Positions 58,568 to 64,000 of a DNA stretch of 64,000 bases are shown here, piece after piece (the first letter of the stretch is position 1; each line of letters starts with the position of its first letter). The stretch is taken from IMG/VR virus record IMGVR_UViG_3300044729_003839, positions 58,966 through 122,965 of that record; one strand, written 5' to 3'. Source of the DNA: a virus. The notes below the pieces were generated by a model. The model searched no databases and had not been told where the DNA came from. It saw only the letters and a program-made list of their open reading frames with translations. Position numbers and translations under genes: made by a program.

Positions 58568-58856
58568 ATTTGACTGTCAAATTCCCGATGGCTGGGGAAT
58601 AGATCCGGAGTACGGGGAGAAAAAATACGTCAAAACAGTAACCGATCCGGACACTGGCCGCGAACGCAAAGTTCGTTACGGAGCCAAAGGCTATTCCATC
58701 GCCCCAGGCACGTCAAAAGGCGACCGGTACTGCACCCGCTCAGAAGGACAACGTAAGCAATACGACTACGACTGCTCCGGCAAAGATAAAAATACCCCTC
58801 TCTGCCTTTCTCGAGCCAAATGGAAATGCTCGGGGACACGATCTCGCAGATCGTGA
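58557..58856 (+). CDS. Small basic putative head-associated protein
   Basis: Acidic leader with IPDGW, then basic KKYVKTVTDPDTGRERKVRYG..GDRYCTRS..W.C. Confidence 0.65.
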   Translation: MTSEFDCQIPDGWGIDPEYGEKKYVKTVTDPDTGRERKVRYGAKGYSIAPGTSKGDRYCTRSEGQRKQYDYDCSGKDKNTPLCLSRAKWKCSGTRSRRS

Positions 58857-58862
58857 TATAAT
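58853..58862 (+). promoter_or_regulatory. sigma70 extended -10 (GTGATATAAT)
   Basis: Perfect match; its TGA is the upstream stop; 23 nt before ATG 58886. Confidence 0.65.
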
Positions 58863-58885
58863 AATTGCTTGGAAACCCCTTTGCC

Positions 58886-59287
58886 ATGACTCTAATCCTC
58901 TATTTTTTCATTTTTTCAAGCTGGGGCTTGGGCCTTTTGGCCGCCTTAGCCGCCCTGTCGATGAAAATGCAGGAACATGGCGTCAGGATGAAGTCTTTGA
59001 CCCTGGAGATCGAGTCGGACTCCTTGGATTTTGCCGGTAAAAAGAACCTTTTTGACCGGATCGTGTCGCGAGTTCAACAACCCACAATGTCTGGTGGTAA
59101 CGGGATCCCAGACGAGTTGAGAAAGCTGATGGAGACGGGTCCAGGTCATCCGGAAGTCGGTGAAATCGAAGACGGTGACGATGTGGTCGGAGTTGTGTTT
59201 AAAGCTCATAGTTACCCCCCGGGCTTAGATGACAACGACGACGATGACGACGAGAAAGATTCCCCAATCGGGAATCGCGCTGATTAA
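58886..59287 (+). CDS. Membrane-anchored protein upstream of endolysin
   Basis: N-terminal TM segment LILYFFIFSSWGLGLLAALAAL and acidic tail; probable start ATG 58886. Confidence 0.6.
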   Translation: MTLILYFFIFSSWGLGLLAALAALSMKMQEHGVRMKSLTLEIESDSLDFAGKKNLFDRIVSRVQQPTMSGGNGIPDELRKLMETGPGHPEVGEIEDGDDVVGVVFKAHSYPPGLDDNDDDDDEKDSPIGNRAD

Positions 59288-60533
59288 AAGGTTTGAAGGT
59301 TGCCATTTAACTGCGTATCCAGACCCTAAGACGGGCGGTGAGCCTTGGACAATTGGTTGGGGCAGTACCAAAGATAGGCAGGGAAAACCTTTTAAGAAAG
59401 GAGATAAAATTACTCAGCAGGAAGCTGATTCTCTACTCGAGTATCAGTTACAAACAGCTTTTTTGCCCGCCATTTTAAAACTGCCTCACGCTGCTTCGAT
59501 GTCCGAAGAGCAGATTGGGGCATTGCTGTCCTTCTCATACAACCTAGGGGCCGGATTTTATAACTCCCCGGACTTTACAACCATAAGCCGTTATTTAAGG
59601 GATAAGGATTGGGAGCGAGTACCGGAAGCATTGCTGCTTTATCGAAACCCGGGATCGAATGTCGAAGAAGGCCTAAAACGCAGGCGGACAGCCGAAGGCG
59701 CGTTGTGGTCGTCCGGCCTAGAGAAATTCAAATCAGACAAAAGGTTAATGACCGCGAAGGTGGATACCTTACTCAAAAAAGAGCCGCTGCAGTCTTTTGA
59801 ACTTACCCCACAACAGGTAGTGCAAGTCCCGAAAGGGCGGTCTTATACCATTACTGATTCAGTGGATGAAGGCGCCCATATCAAAGTAACTATTGATTAT
59901 GGTGCGGGGACCTGGTATATCTACAAGCCGCATTGGAACATTGTAGTACCGGGTAAGCCAGAAGTCCATCAACCGGACAACAAGCTTATCCTGCTAAACG
60001 TACCGTACTATACACAACTTGATTCGGTCACTAACCACGGGGCGAGGATGTGCTTTAGCTCCAGTTGCGCTGCTGCGGCTGAGTTTTTGAAGCCAGGATG
60101 CTTAGGGGGTAACAGAGGGGCAGACGACCTCTACATGACAAAATACGTATTCAAGTACGGCGATACTACCAACTCCACCGCCCAGGTCCGCGCCTTGCGC
60201 GATCTCGGTATTCACGCCACTTTCAGGCAGAATCTGACACGTAAAGATGTAATCGCACAACTCGAGAAAGATATTCCTGTCCCAGTAGGCTACTTGCACA
60301 AAGGTCCTGTTACCGCACCGTCGGGAGGCGGTCATTGGTGCGTGATCATCGGTGTCGATGAGGACAAATCGCAGTATATTGTCAACGACCCATACGGAGA
60401 AGCCGATCTGATTTACGGGGGATTTCTCGGATCTCAAAACGGGTATAGAATGAGATACTCCTTTCGGAATTTTGAGAGGAGATGGCAAGTCGAAGGAGAA
60501 GGGACCGGGTGGGGACTAATACTCATTAAGTGA
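59229..60533 (+). CDS. Endolysin: GH24 lysozyme + C39-like peptidase
   Basis: LIKRFEG..AYPDP..WTIGWGST..GLKRRR (GH24); LNVPYYTQ..MCFSSSCA..GGGHW..VNDPYG (C39-like). Confidence 0.88.
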   Translation: MTTTTMTTRKIPQSGIALIKRFEGCHLTAYPDPKTGGEPWTIGWGSTKDRQGKPFKKGDKITQQEADSLLEYQLQTAFLPAILKLPHAASMSEEQIGALLSFSYNLGAGFYNSPDFTTISRYLRDKDWERVPEALLLYRNPGSNVEEGLKRRRTAEGALWSSGLEKFKSDKRLMTAKVDTLLKKEPLQSFELTPQQVVQVPKGRSYTITDSVDEGAHIKVTIDYGAGTWYIYKPHWNIVVPGKPEVHQPDNKLILLNVPYYTQLDSVTNHGARMCFSSSCAAAAEFLKPGCLGGNRGADDLYMTKYVFKYGDTTNSTAQVRALRDLGIHATFRQNLTRKDVIAQLEKDIPVPVGYLHKGPVTAPSGGGHWCVIIGVDEDKSQYIVNDPYGEADLIYGGFLGSQNGYRMRYSFRNFERRWQVEGEGTGWGLILIK

Positions 60534-60546
60534 ACAAATAAATCCT

Positions 60547-61455
60547 ATGTCTAATACCCAACGTAAGGACTTTCTAGTTTACGGTTACGCCAGGGAAAAA
60601 TCCGACCAGTTTGGGGATGTAGGGACCTATTATTATATAGGAAAAGGGACAAAAAACAGGCCCTACAACTGCTGGAAAAGCGCCAGAAAAACTAAATGCC
60701 CCCGGGACAGGGTGAAGAATATCCACATACTGCATAAAGATCTCGATGAAGAGACTGCTTTCAAATTAGAGATAGAGCTTATAGCTAAATACGGAAGAAT
60801 AGATTTATACCCGACAGGGGGTATACTATTAAATAAAACCGACGGTGGGGAAGGAGGTTCTGGAAATCTTTGGGGCCCCAGCCATTCTAGGTATGTCTCA
60901 CGCTGCTGGTGCCATGTGGATATAGGATTTGTTTTCAATAAATCTTCAGCCGAAATATGCAGAGAATATTACTATCTAAATTTGAATAGAAATAAGTTAA
61001 ATTCAGTAGCTAGCGGACTTTGTAATAGTTACAGAGGGTGGATAGTAATAAGAACAGAATTAATCGAAGAAAGTCTTAGCGAGGGGGAACTGAAGAGAAG
61101 ATTTACTCCAGAATACGCTAGAAAATTTTTAGAGGAAGTCAAGAAGTCTGCTATCCGTAAGAGGTCTAGGGGCAACACTGGTGAGCCCAAGACCATAAAA
61201 AACAAAGGTTATCACTCAAAAAGCACAAGAAAATTAATATCTCGAATTGTCAGAGGGAAGTCTAAAAGATTTAATTGGGTGAATTATGAGTTGGGGATAG
61301 TGACTTCGGGTTATACAGTGTCGGATCTTTGGGAAGAATTTAATCACCTAAATTTAGACAGGAGTACTTTATCGAAAGTTATCAACAGAAAACAAACAAA
61401 TCACAAAGGGTGGTTCTGTTTAGGGGAGGCGGGAACAGATTTTTCGGTGCGGTAA
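60547..61455 (+). mobile_element. Free-standing GIY-YIG (Seg-like) homing endonuclease gene
   Basis: LVYGY..YYIGKG..R..AFKLEIELIAKYG..LLNKTDGGEG; AT-rich; two C-terminal repeats ending L..V......(Y/H)(R/K)GW. Confidence 0.8.
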
Positions 61456-61493
61456 TCCCGACTTGTGACGGGGGGTCGACCGAACCACGTTCC

Positions 61494-61503
61494 GTGATAT
61501 GAT
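61494..61503 (+). promoter_or_regulatory. sigma70 extended -10 (GTGATATGAT)
   Basis: Upstream of the Hsp20 gene. Confidence 0.55.
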
Positions 61504-61558
61504 CGGTGAAATCTTGTTGCCGGGGCCTCCTGGCGCTTGATTTCAATCCCCTTATCAC

Positions 61559-61930
61559 ATGTTACCCCAGACCGCAGTTTCCCTTCTCCGCGCCCTTGAC
61601 GGCATGAGTTCTGTTCCTGTAGTGCGAGGAGGCGCAACAGTCCCTCGCCATAATGCGAAAGTTTGCGATGATCAGATTGTGTACGAAATCGCTTTGCCGG
61701 GATTCAAGAAAGAGGATGTTAAAGTTAGTGTTTCGCCTGGCCGTCTAGACGTATCGTCCGACACCACCAGGGACTACTCCTCGTACGTGATGGCAGGAGC
61801 GCGTGTCGCCCCCTTCTCCATCAGTTTCCCCATGCCGTCCTCCGCCACCGTCAAAAGTGCGACCATGGCTGACGGGTTACTGTATGTGACGATCCAGACA
61901 CAGGACGCAACGACCATTGCAGTTACCTGA
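61559..61930 (+). CDS. Small heat-shock protein (Hsp20/alpha-crystallin)
   Basis: YEIALPGFKKEDVKV..F...F....V..A.MADGLLYV. Confidence 0.88.
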   Translation: MLPQTAVSLLRALDGMSSVPVVRGGATVPRHNAKVCDDQIVYEIALPGFKKEDVKVSVSPGRLDVSSDTTRDYSSYVMAGARVAPFSISFPMPSSATVKSATMADGLLYVTIQTQDATTIAVT

Positions 61931-61977
61931 TGCGTGTGTTAGGGTGAGGAGGTCCCGAGAGGAAAACCCCTCACCCA

Positions 61978-62985
61978 ATGCTCACACTCAACGTCTCCGA
62001 AGCAGCCAAAACCCTCCAGGCCATTATCGCCGGGGCCATCAAAACCTCCGTAATGATGTGGGGCGCACCTGGAATCGGCAAAAGCTCAATCGTTCAGCAA
62101 GTGGCCGAACAGAACGGCATGGAGGTGATCGACGTACGCCTCAGCCAGCTCGCTCCTACTGACATTCGCGGCCTTCCCTTCGTCCAAGAAGGAATCGCCC
62201 ACTTCGCGCCCCCCAGCTTCCTGCCCCAGTCCGGCAAGGGGATTCTGTTCCTGGACGAGGTGAACCTCGCTCCCCCGGCCATTCAGAACGTGGCCATGCA
62301 ACTCGTTCTGGACCGCCGCGTGGGCGACTACACCGTACCCGATGGCTGGTTCATTGTCGCCGCCGGTAACCGTGTCGAGGACCGGGCTGCAGTCAACCAG
62401 ATGCCCGCTCCTCTCGCCAACCGCTTCCTGCACTTCACTGTCGAACACGACCTGAACTCCTGGAAGACCTACGCGATCAAGCACGGTATCCGGGAAGAAA
62501 TCATTTCCTACCTGAACTTCCGCCCCGACTCCCTCCACAAGTTCTCCAAAGACGCCATCGCCTGGCCCAGCCCCCGGAGCTGGGGATACGCCTCCGACCT
62601 CCTCAAGATCGGCCTGAGCGTCGATCCGGCCGTGGGCGAAGGTGCTGCAGCCGAATTCAAATCGTTCATCAAGATCTACAGCAAGCTGCCTGCCGTGGAG
62701 AAAGTCTTGAACGGCGATATGTCCGTCAAGATGCCCAACGAGCCCAGCATGGTCTATGCGGTTACTGGTGCGTTGGTGGCACGCTCCGAGACTGTGGACA
62801 ACTATTTCAACGCGGCCAAATGGCTCGTTGGAGCGACAACCGAAGACTACCTCGGCGTGTTCTTCTACGACGCGATTACTGCCCTGTCCGTCAAAGGCAT
62901 GTTTGAGAACTTCGCCGTCAAGGTGAACAAGGACAAAGATCTCCAGTCCTTCATGGCTCGGTACGCCAAGCTGCTCAATTCCTGA
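61978..62985 (+). CDS. MoxR-like AAA+ ATPase
   Basis: WGAPGIGKS, DVRLSQ..DIRGLP, LFLDE, AAGNR, LANRF, PSPRSW. Confidence 0.9.
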   Translation: MLTLNVSEAAKTLQAIIAGAIKTSVMMWGAPGIGKSSIVQQVAEQNGMEVIDVRLSQLAPTDIRGLPFVQEGIAHFAPPSFLPQSGKGILFLDEVNLAPPAIQNVAMQLVLDRRVGDYTVPDGWFIVAAGNRVEDRAAVNQMPAPLANRFLHFTVEHDLNSWKTYAIKHGIREEIISYLNFRPDSLHKFSKDAIAWPSPRSWGYASDLLKIGLSVDPAVGEGAAAEFKSFIKIYSKLPAVEKVLNGDMSVKMPNEPSMVYAVTGALVARSETVDNYFNAAKWLVGATTEDYLGVFFYDAITALSVKGMFENFAVKVNKDKDLQSFMARYAKLLNS

Positions 62986-63002
62986 GCATTTCACTGGCGA
63001 GG

Positions 63003-63021
63003 GGGCGGGTAAATCCCGCCC
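63003..63021 (+). other. GC-rich stem-loop between the AAA and VWA genes
   Basis: GGGCGGG-taaat-CCCGCCC with no long U-tract, so either a stabiliser or a weak terminator. Confidence 0.4.
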
Positions 63022-63062
63022 TCCTTCTCAAGTTTGTACACCTGTCACTTCCCCCCCCCAAC

Positions 63063-64000
63063 ATGGCACCTCCAATCGCCAAACGGGTCATCAAGTCCCG
63101 AGTAAAGCTGCTCAAAAACTCTCCGTTCTTCGGTACTTTGCTGTTCCACGCTCAAGTCAAAGAAACCGAAAACATTCCTACTGCCGCTACAAACGGCCAG
63201 TCGATCTTCTTCAACAAAGACTTTTCAGATACGCTTGACGACGAAACCTTTCAAGGTATTCTGATCCACGAGGTACTGCACGCAGCGTTGCTGCATGTGC
63301 CCCGGATGAAAGATATCTCGATGAACGACCCGGCGATCTCGAACATCGCTTGTGATATTGTCGTCAACGGGATCTGCGACGAAAACAACATCAAGCTTAC
63401 CGACGGTGCGATCAGAGACAATGAGCTGAAGCACTTGAGCGTGCGAGAGATCTACTCGATCATCAAGCAGAAGCAGGCGGAAAACCCCAAGCATCTTCAA
63501 CAGAAATACGGAATTACTCAGGTAAATGCTTGCCTGTTTAATGGTAATCCGGAAGGTGAGGGTGAGGGTGAGGGTGATGGAGACGGCCAAGGCACCGGCC
63601 AGGATGACGGCGGGATCGACTGGAAAGACGCCATGACCAAGGCGGCTACCATCGCTCGTATGAAGAAGGCGGGCTCGATGGGTGCAACTTTGGAGCGCGT
63701 GTTTGCCGAACTTCTCGAACCTACTATCGACTGGCGCACTATCCTCTACAAGTACATTACCGAGTCGAGGACGGACTTCTCCGGCTACGATCGACGTCAC
63801 GTGTACAACGGTCTGTACCTGGACGACTTTTCCGGCAACCAAGTCCACGTCCTGATCTACATCGACGTTTCGGGCTCTATCGATGAACAGCTTCTGACCG
63901 ACTTTATGTCCGAAATCCACGGCGCGGTCAAGAGTGTGGATTCAATCTGCGGCGAGGCCTTCTGCTTCGACACACGCCTCCACCATGTCTGCGCCGTCGA
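63063..64000 (+). CDS. DUF2201-type metallopeptidase + VWA domain protein, 3'-truncated
   Basis: PFFGTL..TAATNG..IHEVLH (HExxH), EG-repeat linker, IYIDVSGSI (MIDAS DxSxS); usual partner of MoxR; runs off the window. Confidence 0.85.
   Translation, partial: MAPPIAKRVIKSRVKLLKNSPFFGTLLFHAQVKETENIPTAATNGQSIFFNKDFSDTLDDETFQGILIHEVLHAALLHVPRMKDISMNDPAISNIACDIVVNGICDENNIKLTDGAIRDNELKHLSVREIYSIIKQKQAENPKHLQQKYGITQVNACLFNGNPEGEGEGEGDGDGQGTGQDDGGIDWKDAMTKAATIARMKKAGSMGATLERVFAELLEPTIDWRTILYKYITESRTDFSGYDRRHVYNGLYLDDFSGNQVHVLIYIDVSGSIDEQLLTDFMSEIHGAVKSVDSICGEAFCFDTRLHHVCAV

Noticed and set aside
62332-62352. TVPDGWF in the MoxR ATPase as another PxGW cargo motif
   Set aside because: It sits inside the folded AAA core at a position where this family normally has LPxGW.
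63552-63582. GGTGAG tandem repeat as a phase-variable element
   Set aside because: It is an in-frame hexamer encoding a Glu-Gly linker typical of DUF2201 proteins; slippage would not shift the frame.
62086-63920. Long minus-strand ORFs of 302 and 231 aa
   Set aside because: They are shadows of the GC3-rich MoxR and VWA genes on the plus strand and show no protein motifs.

Overview
This 64 kb window is an internal fragment of a large, densely coding dsDNA phage with a contractile tail. It most likely infects a cyanobacterium: it carries a cyanobacterial Mo-nitrogenase-C-terminal family gene, a SigF/SigB-like sigma factor, phoH, Hsp20, a cyanophage-type tail fibre and a GH24+C39 endolysin. Morphogenesis genes (terminase large subunit, baseplate J/gpI/gp25, spike, hub, tube initiator, tape measure, fibres) are scattered on both strands among nucleotide-metabolism and replication genes (nrdA/B, dut, NMP kinase, 5'-3' exonuclease, helicase, primase) and several homing-type endonucleases. 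Both terminal genes are cut by the window edges. I saw no tRNA, rRNA or CRISPR array. Main signals: (1) a 9-bp box GTTGAA(A/G)GC sits just upstream of 15 morphogenesis or unknown genes, alongside a phage sigma factor with an apparently degenerate region 4, while a separate sigma70 extended -10 class precedes the replication and nucleotide genes; (2) a set of unrelated small late proteins, plus an HNH nuclease, share a [VI]P[DEA]GW peptide and [FY]xE boundaries, which suggests a capsid-cargo targeting and processing code; (3) an HNH element is flanked by two synonymously recoded copies of the helicase C-terminus; (4) the baseplate hub carries three peptidoglycan hydrolases, including a circularly permuted M23; (5) a disordered late protein has clustered beta-clamp-like motifs. 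All family calls come from motif recognition by eye, not database searches.
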